DNA of 64,000 bases from a bacterium. GTDB lineage: Bacteria > UBA8248. Below, one piece after another: positions 1 to 9,125 of this stretch; position 1 is the first letter of the stretch; each line of letters opens with the position of its first letter. Location of the stretch: contig CBDBZY010000031.1 of the NCBI GenBank assembly GCA_965213685.1, positions 64,001 through 128,000 on the forward strand, written 5' to 3'. Both the position numbers and the translations under genes were made by a program. A model generated the notes under the pieces. The model did not search any database. It was not told the DNA's origin and worked only from the letters and a program-made list of their open reading frames with translations.

Positions 1-901
1 GCCGCACTTGCTGAATCTGGTGGGCGAACAAAGGCGCGCTGCCCTGGATTCTCGCGTGGGCGTACTGCAGGGACAGATCATACGCCCGCTGCGCGACGCC
101 CAAGACGGTGGCGCCCGCCTGAATGTTGCTGCCATGCTTTATCAGCAGGTTGGCGAGCGCCGGCAGGGCCTGGCCCACCTCCCCGATCTGATCCTCCTCG
201 GGAATTTCCACATCATGAAACTCCAGGGTGCCGTTTTGCACGCACCGCTGGCCCAGCTTGTCCCACACCTCGGTGACCGCAAAACCCTTCGCGTCCGAGG
301 GCATCAAAAAAGCGGTGAGGCCCCTCGACAGCGGATCGTCCTTGTCCGTGCGGGCGACGATTTGATAGATTTTGGCGAGCCCGCCGTTCGAGATGTAGCG
401 CTTCGTGCCGTTGAGCACCCAGCGGTCGCCCTTCTTCTGCGCATACGCCTGCATTCCCGCGCCGGGATTCGGATTGGGCCATATGTTGTCGCTGCCGGCG
501 GTCGGCTCCGTCCAGGCCGTCGCCAGCAGGCACGCATCGTCGTCCATCAGTTTCGGAAGCCAGCGCCCGCGCTGCTCCTCATTCGCCATGTTGACGATCG
601 ACGTCATGATCTTCCACGTCTGATCATAGGCGACGGCGAGTCCCAAATCCCCGTACGCGAGGGCCTCTCCCACGATGGCGCACGAGAGCACGTCGGCCCC
701 CTCGCCGCCGAATTCCTTCGGGACGGTAAGCGTCCGGAGGCCCCGCCGGGAGCCCTCCCGGATGACCTCCCAGTTGAAGGATTCCTCCGGGTCCTGGATG
801 CGGTCCGCGACCTCCGCGGCGGGTATCATCACCTCGGTGGCGTATCTTTTCGCGATGTCCTGGAGTTCCGTCTGCCGCGACGTGAGCTGAAAATCGACCA
901 T
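1..901 (-). CDS. Acyl-CoA dehydrogenase family protein (3' end outside window)
   Basis: Manual translation MVDFQLTSRQTELQDIAKRYA...PKEFGGEG...AWTEPTAGSD...LNGTKRYISNG...DKLGQR; GGAGG RBS before ATG at 901; missing from ORF track because it runs off the edge. Confidence 0.9.
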   Translation of the reverse strand, partial: MVDFQLTSRQTELQDIAKRYATEVMIPAAEVADRIQDPEESFNWEVIREGSRRGLRTLTVPKEFGGEGADVLSCAIVGEALAYGDLGLAVAYDQTWKIMTSIVNMANEEQRGRWLPKLMDDDACLLATAWTEPTAGSDNIWPNPNPGAGMQAYAQKKGDRWVLNGTKRYISNGGLAKIYQIVARTDKDDPLSRGLTAFLMPSDAKGFAVTEVWDKLGQRCVQNGTLEFHDVEIPEEDQIGEVGQALPALANLLIKHGSNIQAGATVLGVAQRAYDLSLQYAHARIQGSAPLFAHQIQQVR

Positions 902-1028
902 CGGTTTCATCCTCCCCCGGAAAACGGGTTGTCGATATGTGCGCGGCGGCGCACCCTGCGCCAGAGAGAAACCGCGCGCCTGCGCCTCCCCACTCTCCCG
1001 CCGGACGCGCGGGGAGACGAAGGCGCTG

Positions 1029-1427
1029 CTAATGCGCCGATGGATTCTCGCACAACTCGATGCGAATGTTTCCAGGCCCCCTGACATAGGCGATCATGCG
1101 CCCGCCAACGCCGCGGCGCACGGGCTCCACCATGATCTGCGCGCCCTTGCCCCGGAGCCATTCCACGGCGGCCTCCACGTCGGCGACGCCAAACCCGAAG
1201 TGATCCAGGCCCTGGACAAGATCTGGCCCCACGGCGTCGGGCGTCTCGCCCGGCCTGAGGCCGCGCGCGAATATCACCAGACGGCCGATTTGAATCGCCG
1301 CGTTGGGCGCACCCTTCAAGTCCTCGTCGTAGCGGATGATTTTCGCATCGAACACGTCCTGAAAATAATCGGCAAACGCCTTCACGTCGGCGCAAACGTA
1401 GTGCATGTGGTCAAACCCGAACTCCAT
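1029..1427 (-). CDS. VOC/glyoxalase family protein
   Basis: FDHMH...GLDHFGFGVADVEAAVEWLRGKG...GPGNIRIEL VOC motifs. Confidence 0.85.
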   Translation of the reverse strand: MEFGFDHMHYVCADVKAFADYFQDVFDAKIIRYDEDLKGAPNAAIQIGRLVIFARGLRPGETPDAVGPDLVQGLDHFGFGVADVEAAVEWLRGKGAQIMVEPVRRGVGGRMIAYVRGPGNIRIELCENPSAH

Positions 1428-1449
1428 GAAATCCCCCTGAAGATGCGCC

Positions 1450-3159
1450 TCAAGGCGTGATGATGAGGGGTGCGGCTTCCGCATCCGCACTCCCCGGGGC
1501 GCCGCTGTCCCCGGCGCCCTCCTGCCGTGCCTCCCCTTCCCCGCCCGCGGACTCCCGGGCTTGCCGGATCATGCGCTCCATCATCACGCTGACGGAATAC
1601 TGAACCATCTCGACGAGCAGCGGTGCGCGCCCATCCGCATCCTCGCGCACCTCGTCCGCCAGCGTCACGCACTCCCGGGCCATCGGCTCATCGCCCGCCT
1701 GGCGGAAAATATATGCGTTATCCTCCAGCTGGCCCGCTATGCGCTCCCGCAATCCCTCCTCCCGGAAAATCTCCTTCGCGCCATTTTCCACTATCTGGCG
1801 AAGGCGCTCTTTTTGCTGTCTCTCATCCATCGCCACCTGGCTTTCCATCGCCTGCAGGGATTCCCGAAAATACGGCGCGACGCGCTCCTCGTCCATCGCC
1901 CAACCCCAGAAGGGCCGATGGGAGAACAGCGCCCGCACCTCCATCCTCTCCTCGCCTTCGGCCAGGCGGTCCACCATCCCGCGCACAGGGTGCGCTCCCC
2001 CCGCGGGGAACGCGGCGGATTCCGCCAGCGGCTCCAGCATGAGCTTCGCGTGCGTAAATCCGCGGGGAAGCGGCGTTTCTCCCGCCTCGTTTTCGCGCTG
2101 GCTCCGCTCCAGAAGCCAGACGGCATACCCGGCGGGCACCTCCTGCGACGCCAGGGTGGGAACCTCCGAAATCCGCTGGAATACGCCGCGCAACTCCCTG
2201 GCGCTCATCTCCGCGTCGGTGAGCTCCACAATCCCCCGTCCCCGACGCAGGCGCGCCTGCACGAGATACCTTCCGCGCGGAACCCGGGAGCGGGCGATCC
2301 ACACGAGCATCTGTCCGCGGCCGTCCACGGCGCTGGCCACGGCGCGCACATAATCGGGCTGGTGGGTTCGACTGGCCGCGCGCGCCTGCGGATCGGGCGA
2401 TTTTTCGATTTCAACGCCCTGGTTTTTCAGGCGAAAGATCGCCTTGCGAATGCGGGACAACGTCTCCTTGTCGCCGGCGGACTCCGAGAGCGACCGGAGG
2501 GCGACCGCGGCTTCCCGCGTGCCCATGCGCCCCAGAATTTCTATGAAATGCGCGGGCGGCGGCGCTCCCTCGTCGGCCATCGCCTCCGCCAGGGCGAGTG
2601 CGTTCGCGGCGGAGACGCCATCCATGCCGCCGAGGCCGTCGCGCAGCGTCACCTCCTGCAAAAAAGGAGGCAAGTTCTTCAACAAGGACACGACGACGCG
2701 CGCGGAATCGCCCGTGAGGGGCGCGCCCGCTCCCAGCCGGCCGGAAATGTCGCGGGCCTTGCCCAGGTTCTCCGCACCGAGGCCAGCCGGCAGCTCCGCC
2801 CTGGCGTCCAACGCCTCGATGGTCTCCACCAGCGCGGCGAGTCCCGGCGTCGACCAGCGCATCGTCCGGATGAGGGAGAGCAATCTGGGAACGACGGACG
2901 CATCGCCCAGCGCCCGCAGCGCAAGAAGGGTGGGGATGCGTCCGGCCGCGCTGGTGGAGGACAAATGGGCCAACACGCCGGCGGTCCCGACCGCTCCCAT
3001 CTCCCGGATTTCATCCAGCAGGGGCGCCGGCGCCAGGGCACCGGGCGGCGCGGGCACCGTGAAGGACGCCTCGAGGCCAGCCGCGACACCAACCGCCCGG
3101 TTCAAGTCCTCCTCGGAGAAGGCTTTTTTCGAGAATTTCACCCTGGATTTTCTTGCCAC
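1450..3159 (-). CDS. Hypothetical protein with HEAT/helical-repeat-like N-terminal half
   Basis: Long ORF with natural composition; GTG start after GGAGAGG; ALRALGDASVVPRLL and ILGRMGTREAAVAL HEAT-like segments. Confidence 0.65.
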   Translation of the reverse strand: MARKSRVKFSKKAFSEEDLNRAVGVAAGLEASFTVPAPPGALAPAPLLDEIREMGAVGTAGVLAHLSSTSAAGRIPTLLALRALGDASVVPRLLSLIRTMRWSTPGLAALVETIEALDARAELPAGLGAENLGKARDISGRLGAGAPLTGDSARVVVSLLKNLPPFLQEVTLRDGLGGMDGVSAANALALAEAMADEGAPPPAHFIEILGRMGTREAAVALRSLSESAGDKETLSRIRKAIFRLKNQGVEIEKSPDPQARAASRTHQPDYVRAVASAVDGRGQMLVWIARSRVPRGRYLVQARLRRGRGIVELTDAEMSARELRGVFQRISEVPTLASQEVPAGYAVWLLERSQRENEAGETPLPRGFTHAKLMLEPLAESAAFPAGGAHPVRGMVDRLAEGEERMEVRALFSHRPFWGWAMDEERVAPYFRESLQAMESQVAMDERQQKERLRQIVENGAKEIFREEGLRERIAGQLEDNAYIFRQAGDEPMARECVTLADEVREDADGRAPLLVEMVQYSVSVMMERMIRQARESAGGEGEARQEGAGDSGAPGSADAEAAPLIITP

Positions 3160-3323
3160 GCCACCTCTCCCGCAAAAATGATTGGACGCCTCCATCATTG
3201 GCGGGCGCGGCGCGCAGTGTCAAGACGGCGCGGGAGGCGCCGCCCCGATCCGATCCCCCCCGGCTTTTGCCAACGGTGGCGGCCCATGGCAAAATCGCCG
3301 ACGTTCCGATTTGGGGAGACGCC

Positions 3324-4313
3324 ATGAACTTCCGGTTCGCCCATTGCGGCGATTTCCACCTCGGCCATGATTTCGACTATCTCCCGGCTTCCAAGGCAGC
3401 GGCGCGCCGGGCCGACTTGCGCATGGCGTTTTTTCGCTCGGTGCGCGAGGCGCTCGCATGGGGTGCGCAGGCGTTCCTCATCTCGGGCGACCTGTTCGAC
3501 ACCCCGCATCCGGATGCGCGCGATGTGGCCATCGTCTCGAAGAATCTCTCGCACCTGTCCAAAAAGGGGGTGCGCTGCTTCGCCATTCCCGGCAACCATG
3601 ACCCGATGGGCGCCGAATCCGTCTGGAACCGGCCCGAAATCGCCAACCACGTTCGGCTGTTCGGCAACGACCCGGGCAACGGACTGGACCAGGAGCGCAT
3701 CGCCGAGCTGGACCTCACCATCGCGGGAATCCCCTGGAACATGAACGACGCATTCCGGCCGCCCCTGCAGGCAATTCTCACGCGGGAACTCCGCTTGACC
3801 GACAGGGCCATCCTCCTCCTGCACGGCTCGGAAGCCGCCCTCGCCCGGGAGCATCCCGCGTTCCGGGAACATCCCTTCCGGGCCGATGACCTCAGGCGCC
3901 TGCCGTTCGGGTATGTGGCCATCGGCCATTACCACAAGCCCGTGGACGTCGCCCGGTGGGACGGCGGCGCCGCGTGCTACAGCGGCTCGCCCGAGGGGAT
4001 GCGCTTCAGCGACCACAACCTGGGAGTCCGCTCGATCGTCTTGGGAGAGATGGACGAGCGGGGCGCTCTCGTCCGGGTGCGGAGACAGCCCGTCAACGCG
4101 CGCACCATGCGCACCCTCTCCTATGCGGCAGGCGATGGAACGACGGCGGACGACTGGTTTCGGGCCGTGGACGACATGCGGGACCCGGACACCCTCCTGC
4201 GGGTGCGCGTCCCCAGGGAGCGGGGCGCGGGGCAAAGGCGGGCGGAGGTTCTGCTGTCCTCCCTTCGTCCGGATTTTTTCTATCTGGACATCGTATGGGA
4301 GTCCCCCGCGTGA
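3324..4313 (+). CDS. Metallophosphoesterase, SbcD/Mre11-like DNA repair exonuclease
   Basis: HCGDFHLG, SGDLFD, PGNHD, LLHG, GHYH, YSGSPEG motifs. Confidence 0.88.
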   Translation: MNFRFAHCGDFHLGHDFDYLPASKAAARRADLRMAFFRSVREALAWGAQAFLISGDLFDTPHPDARDVAIVSKNLSHLSKKGVRCFAIPGNHDPMGAESVWNRPEIANHVRLFGNDPGNGLDQERIAELDLTIAGIPWNMNDAFRPPLQAILTRELRLTDRAILLLHGSEAALAREHPAFREHPFRADDLRRLPFGYVAIGHYHKPVDVARWDGGAACYSGSPEGMRFSDHNLGVRSIVLGEMDERGALVRVRRQPVNARTMRTLSYAAGDGTTADDWFRAVDDMRDPDTLLRVRVPRERGAGQRRAEVLLSSLRPDFFYLDIVWESPA

Positions 4314-5173
4314 GCAAGGCCGTCTGGTGCGACGTCGCCTTCGCCCGCACCGAAGTCGCCGCGCGACTCGCAGACGCCCGCCGCGTGCGCGGAGAGGGCG
4401 AGCGGAATGTCGTGTGCGTCGTGATAGACGTGCTCCGAGCCACCACGAGCATCGCGGCCATCCTGGAAAACGGATGCGCCGCCATATATCCCTGCGCATC
4501 TCCCGGAGCGGCGCGGGCGCTGGCCCGCGGGCTGCGGCACCGGCACGGGCCGGGGGAAATACTCCTGGGCGGGGAGCAGGACGGCAAACCCATCGAGGGA
4601 TTCGATGCGGGGAACTCCCCGCTGGAATACACGAGCGAGCGAATCGGCGGGAAAATGCTGGCGTTCTCCACGAGCAACGGAACCGGAACGCTGGCCGCCG
4701 TCCAGGGCTGCGGGGAGGTTTTCACCGCCGCTTTCGTGAACATCACCGCCGCGGCCAAGCGGGCGGGGCGCCTCCTGCGGGCGAACCCGGGACGAACGCT
4801 CCTGATCGCCTGCGCCGGCCGCGAGGGTGCCTACTGCGAAGAAGACGCCGTGGCGGCGGGCGTCCTGCTGCGCATCCTGTCCGGGAAGGCGGCGCCCCTG
4901 GCTCTCTCAGACGCCGCGCGCGCGGCCCTCCGCCTCGCCGAAGGCGCGGAACGGGACCTGGAGAAAATGCTCCTTCGCAGCTGGTGGGGAAAACACCTGT
5001 GCGCCCTGGGCCTTGGAGACGACGTATCCTTCTGCGGGCGGAAGGACGTCACGAGCGTCGTTCCCGTCCTTGCCGGGGGGGCGATAACGCGCGCTCAGCC
5101 CCCGGGCGCGCCGCCCAATGCGCCCTCCACCGCGCTTTCCGCCTCCGGAGAGTCCGCCCCGGGCTTCAGGTAA
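4310..5173 (+). CDS. comB: 2-phosphosulfolactate phosphatase (ComB family)
   Basis: VIDVLRATT, GGEQDG..IEGFDAGNSP, STSNGT, EEDAVAAG; GTGA overlap with upstream stop. Confidence 0.88.
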   Translation: MSKAVWCDVAFARTEVAARLADARRVRGEGERNVVCVVIDVLRATTSIAAILENGCAAIYPCASPGAARALARGLRHRHGPGEILLGGEQDGKPIEGFDAGNSPLEYTSERIGGKMLAFSTSNGTGTLAAVQGCGEVFTAAFVNITAAAKRAGRLLRANPGRTLLIACAGREGAYCEEDAVAAGVLLRILSGKAAPLALSDAARAALRLAEGAERDLEKMLLRSWWGKHLCALGLGDDVSFCGRKDVTSVVPVLAGGAITRAQPPGAPPNAPSTALSASGESAPGFR

Positions 5174-5907
5174 AGAAAAAACTCCCGGTTGCCCTTGGCG
5201 CCCGTAACGGCGCTCTCGGCGATGGCCTGGGGGGACGCTTCCATCCGCAGCGCCTCGCTCCAGACGCGGAGGAGCACCTCTCGGTGAAGCGCGGGGTCGC
5301 GGACGATACCCCCCTTGCCGACGCGGCCCCTGCCCACCTCAAACTGCGGCTTGACGAGCGCGACCATCTCTCCGCCATCGGGCAGCAGCCCGCGAACCGG
5401 TCCGAGCACCTTGACGAGGGAGATGAAAGAAACGTCCATGACGCACAAACCCGGCCGCTCCTCCCCCGCCAGCGTCCGGAAGGCCTCCGGCGTCAGACGC
5501 CGCGCGTTGACACCCTCCAGCAGGGTGACCCTGGGGTCGTTCCGCAGCTTCCAGGCGATCAGCCCCCTGCCCACGTCCACCGCCGCGACGCGGCGGGCAC
5601 CGCGCGCGAGCAGCACATCGGTAAATCCGCCCGTCGACGCGCCGACGTCCAGGCAATACCTGCCTTCCGGACACACCCCAAAAGCGTCCAGCGCGCCGGC
5701 GAGCTTCAGCCCGCCCCGGCTCACGTAGGGGCATGGGTCTTCCCGGACGGTGATGGAGGCGTCCTCGAGAAAAGAGGAACCCGCCTTGTCGGCGGGTTTG
5801 CCGTCCACGCGGACGAGACCGGCCAGGATCAGGCGCCGCGCGCGCTCCCGGCTCGGGGCCAGGGCGCGTTCGACGACGAGCCTGTCAAGCCTCTGTTTTC
5901 TTGCCAT
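5095..5907 (-). CDS. tlyA: TlyA family rRNA 2'-O-methyltransferase
   Basis: S4-like N-terminus, YVSRGGLKL, DVGASTGGFTD, DVSFISL, KPQFE, GAKGNREF. Confidence 0.95.
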   Translation of the reverse strand: MARKQRLDRLVVERALAPSRERARRLILAGLVRVDGKPADKAGSSFLEDASITVREDPCPYVSRGGLKLAGALDAFGVCPEGRYCLDVGASTGGFTDVLLARGARRVAAVDVGRGLIAWKLRNDPRVTLLEGVNARRLTPEAFRTLAGEERPGLCVMDVSFISLVKVLGPVRGLLPDGGEMVALVKPQFEVGRGRVGKGGIVRDPALHREVLLRVWSEALRMEASPQAIAESAVTGAKGNREFFLYLKPGADSPEAESAVEGALGGAPGG

Positions 5908-7819
5908 AGGTCGCCAGGCCGGCGGAATCGGACTCCGCCTCGAGCATCCGGCAAGCCGCCTGCGTGATGTCGCCCGGCGTCAGTCCGCAAGCCTCGCGCT
6001 GGAAGTGGGGCGCCCCGTGTTCGACAAAGTGGTCCGGAATCCCCAGAACGGCGACGGGAACGTCCGAAACGCCGCGCGCCGCCAGAAGCTCCAAAACGCC
6101 GGACCCCATGCCGCCGATGCGCGTCCCCTCCTCAATGGTGACGATGCGCTTGCATCGCCTGGCGAGCGCCAGAATTTTCTCCTCATCCATCGGCTTCACG
6201 AAGCGGAGGTTCAAAACCGACGCCTGGATTCTGATTTCCGCCAGCTGCTCCGCCGCCTCCGTGGCGAGGCCCACCATGGGGCCCAGGGCGATGAGCGCCA
6301 CGTCGTCTCCCTCTCGGAGCAGCTCCGCCCGCCCGATGGGAATCGTCCCGATATTCTCGTCCATCGCCACCCCCTCGCCGGAGCCGCGCGCGAAACGCAC
6401 CGCCGCCGGCCCGGGATGCTCGATGGCGGTACGAACCATCTTTCGCAGCTCGTTCTCGTCTTTGGGGGACATGATCACCATGTTCGGCAAGCAGCGGAGG
6501 TAGGCCAGGTCATACGCCCCCTGGTGGGTGGGGCCGTCGTCGCCCACCAGGCCGGCGCGGTCCAGTGCGAAGGCGACGGGCACGTTGGTGAGGCAGACGT
6601 CGTGGATGATCTGATCGTAGGCGCGCTGCAGGAACGTGCTGTAGATGGCGACCACCGGCTTCATCCCCTGAAGCGCCAGCCCCGCGGCGAACGTCACCGC
6701 GTGCTGCTCGCACATCCCGACGTCGAAGCAGCGATCCGGCAGCACCTTCTGATAGTTCACGAGGGCCGTGCCCTCGAGCATGGCCGCCGAGATGGCCACT
6801 ATCTTCTCGTCCTCCGCGCTGAGGCGGATCATGGCGTCGGTAAAAACCTTGGAGTAGCTCGGAGGCCCGGCCGCTTTCTTGTGAAACTTGCCGGACTCGG
6901 GGTCGAATTTCGTCACCCCGTGGTAGGTGATGGGCTCCGCCTCGCTGTAGGGATACCCATGGCCCTTGCGGGTGACGACGTGCACCAGGTTCGGGCCGTC
7001 CAGGTTCTTGACGTTGCGGAGCGTGGGAATGAGCAAATCCAGCCGATGGCCGTCCACCGGGCCGACATACCGAAAGCCCAGCTCCTCGAACAAGATGCCC
7101 GGCACGATGATATTTTTCAGCGAATCCTCCACCCGGTCCATGAACGTGACGGCATGATCGCCCACGAGGGGGAGGTGGCCCAGTATTTTCTGCACCTCGT
7201 CGCGCACCTTGCGCGCCCGGTTCGCCCACTCCCCCGTCATGATGCGCGCGAGATAGGAGCACATGGCGCCCACGTTGTGGGAAATTCCCATTTTGTTGTC
7301 GTTGAGGATGACGGTGAGGTTCCTCTTCACGTCGCCGGCGTTGTTGAGCGCCTCCATCGCCATGCCGGCGGTCAGGCTGCCGTCCCCGATGACGGCGACC
7401 ACCTGAAAATCCTCGCCCGAGAGGTCGCGCGCCGTCGCCATGCCGAGTGCCGCCGAAATCGACGTGCCCCCATGCGCCACGTTCAGATGGTCGTATTCGC
7501 TCTCGCGCCTGTCCGGGAAGCCCGCGATTCCCCCCCATTGCCTCAGCGTATGGAAGCGATCCCGGCGTCCCGTCAATATCTTGTGCGCATACGCCTGGTG
7601 GCCCACGTCCCAGATCAACTTGTCGCGCGGCGTGTCATAGAGATAGTGAAGCGCTACGACGAGCTCCGCCGCCCCCAGGGAGGCGCCGAGGTGTCCCCCC
7701 GTGGCGGAGGTTACCTGGATGACCATGTCGCGGAGCTCCTCCACGACCTGGGGAAGCTGGTCCTCCGGCAGTTTTCGCAAATCCGCCGGGCTATCGATGC
7801 GCTCGAGTAGTTCGCCCAT
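5885..7819 (-). CDS. dxs: 1-deoxy-D-xylulose-5-phosphate synthase
   Basis: GGHLGASLG, WDVGHQAYAHK, GDGSLTAG, YSTFLQRAYDQ, DRAGLVGDDGPTH. Confidence 0.97.
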   Translation of the reverse strand: MGELLERIDSPADLRKLPEDQLPQVVEELRDMVIQVTSATGGHLGASLGAAELVVALHYLYDTPRDKLIWDVGHQAYAHKILTGRRDRFHTLRQWGGIAGFPDRRESEYDHLNVAHGGTSISAALGMATARDLSGEDFQVVAVIGDGSLTAGMAMEALNNAGDVKRNLTVILNDNKMGISHNVGAMCSYLARIMTGEWANRARKVRDEVQKILGHLPLVGDHAVTFMDRVEDSLKNIIVPGILFEELGFRYVGPVDGHRLDLLIPTLRNVKNLDGPNLVHVVTRKGHGYPYSEAEPITYHGVTKFDPESGKFHKKAAGPPSYSKVFTDAMIRLSAEDEKIVAISAAMLEGTALVNYQKVLPDRCFDVGMCEQHAVTFAAGLALQGMKPVVAIYSTFLQRAYDQIIHDVCLTNVPVAFALDRAGLVGDDGPTHQGAYDLAYLRCLPNMVIMSPKDENELRKMVRTAIEHPGPAAVRFARGSGEGVAMDENIGTIPIGRAELLREGDDVALIALGPMVGLATEAAEQLAEIRIQASVLNLRFVKPMDEEKILALARRCKRIVTIEEGTRIGGMGSGVLELLAARGVSDVPVAVLGIPDHFVEHGAPHFQREACGLTPGDITQAACRMLEAESDSAGLATYGKKTEA

Positions 7820-7948
7820 GTCATCTCTCCCCCGGCTCCCCCGGGAAGCGTATCGCGACGCCCGTTTCTGCCCGGCCGGCGCGAACGCCCTCATCTCCGC
7901 ACGATGGCCCGCGCCCATATGGAAGGTTCCGGTATTCTAGCAGGAGCA

Positions 7949-8866
7949 TCAGAATCTGCGCAAGACGACGAACTGCGCCAGGGCGGCCAGGCCGGGCGCC
8001 TGGTCCGGCAGGGTTTCGAGCGCGTCGAGCGCCTCCCCGCAAGCGGAGCGCGCCAGTCGCTTCGATGCGTTCAGTCCATACAAGGCGGGGTAGGTCGCCT
8101 TGTCGAGTCCCGCGTCCGAGCCCGTGGGCTTGCCGATGAGCGCCGCGTCGCCCTCCACGTCGAGGATGTCGTCCACAATCTGAAACGCCAGGCCGATCCT
8201 CTCCCCATACGCGCCCAGGGCTTCGAGTTGCGCCTCATCGCCCCCGCCGAGCAGGCCCCCCAGGCAGACCGAAGCCCGCAGAAGGGCGCCCGTCTTTCTT
8301 CTGTGGGTCTCCTCCAGATGCGCGAACCCGCTCGCCCGGCCATGCGCCCGGACGTCCAGGAGCTGCCCCCCCACCATGCCCGCAGCACCCGCCGCCGCGG
8401 CCAACATGCGAATGGCGCGCACCTGGCGCGCCGGCGAAACGCGCTTCCCCATCTCCTCGCTCGCCATCAGTTCGAAGGCCAGGGTCTGCAAGCCGTCGCC
8501 CGCGAGAATCGCCGCCGCCTCGCCATACACCTTGTGGCTCGTGGGGACTCCCCGCCTGAGGTCGTCGTCGTCCATCGCGGGCAGGTCATCGTGGATCAGC
8601 GAGTAGGAATGAATGCATTCCAGGGCGCACGCGGCGGGCAGGATCGTTTCCGGATTCCCGCCAACGGCCTCGCATCCCGCCACGCAAAGCGCGGGACGCA
8701 GGCGCTTGCCCCCCGCGAAAAGGCTGTAGCGCATGACCTCGAACACTCCGGATGGTTCGGACGCTTCCGGCACCAGCCGATCGAGCGCCTCCTCCACGCG
8801 CCCCGCCCAGCCGCTCAGGTAGGCCGCCGCATCGACGACGCCCGGGGGGGCGGCCTCACCCATCAT
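7949..8866 (-). CDS. ispA: Farnesyl diphosphate synthase / geranyltranstransferase
   Basis: GGKRLRP, SLIHDDLPAMDDDDLRRG, FQIVDDILD; xseB-ispA-dxs synteny. Confidence 0.93.
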   Translation of the reverse strand: MMGEAAPPGVVDAAAYLSGWAGRVEEALDRLVPEASEPSGVFEVMRYSLFAGGKRLRPALCVAGCEAVGGNPETILPAACALECIHSYSLIHDDLPAMDDDDLRRGVPTSHKVYGEAAAILAGDGLQTLAFELMASEEMGKRVSPARQVRAIRMLAAAAGAAGMVGGQLLDVRAHGRASGFAHLEETHRRKTGALLRASVCLGGLLGGGDEAQLEALGAYGERIGLAFQIVDDILDVEGDAALIGKPTGSDAGLDKATYPALYGLNASKRLARSACGEALDALETLPDQAPGLAALAQFVVLRRF

Positions 8867-9125
8867 CCGCACCGTTGTCGAACGGCTGCAACGAGAAACC
8901 TCCCTCCAGGCCTCCCACGAGCTCCTCCACCCTCTTTTGCGCCGCGTCCAGTCGCTCCCGGCTATAGCGGAATATCCTCACGCCCTCCTCATACAGGGAG
9001 ACGGCTTCCTCCAGGGAAGCGTCGCCCCCCTCGAGCTCTTCCACGATGGACTCCAGACGCGCCAGGGCGGCCTCAAAACTTTTCGGTTCCGCATCGGGTT
9101 TCGCGGATTCATCCGAAGCACTCAT
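8856..9125 (-). CDS. xseB: Exodeoxyribonuclease VII small subunit
   Basis: SFEAALARLESIVEELEGGDASLEEAVSLYEEG. Confidence 0.93.
   Translation of the reverse strand: MSASDESAKPDAEPKSFEAALARLESIVEELEGGDASLEEAVSLYEEGVRIFRYSRERLDAAQKRVEELVGGLEGGFSLQPFDNGADDG

Noticed and set aside
8-1084. 358-aa plus-strand ORF, and the many other long antisense or alternate-frame ORFs in the track (e.g. 1561-3327, 5750-7810, 15894-18872, 46312-48846, 59681-61861)
   Set aside because: Shadow ORFs of recognisable genes, expected at high GC; Arg/Pro/Gly-rich with no family motifs
5095-5173. 79-bp convergent overlap of the comB and tlyA 3' ends
   Set aside because: Both tails are low-complexity extensions; common in GC-rich genomes, with no sign of function
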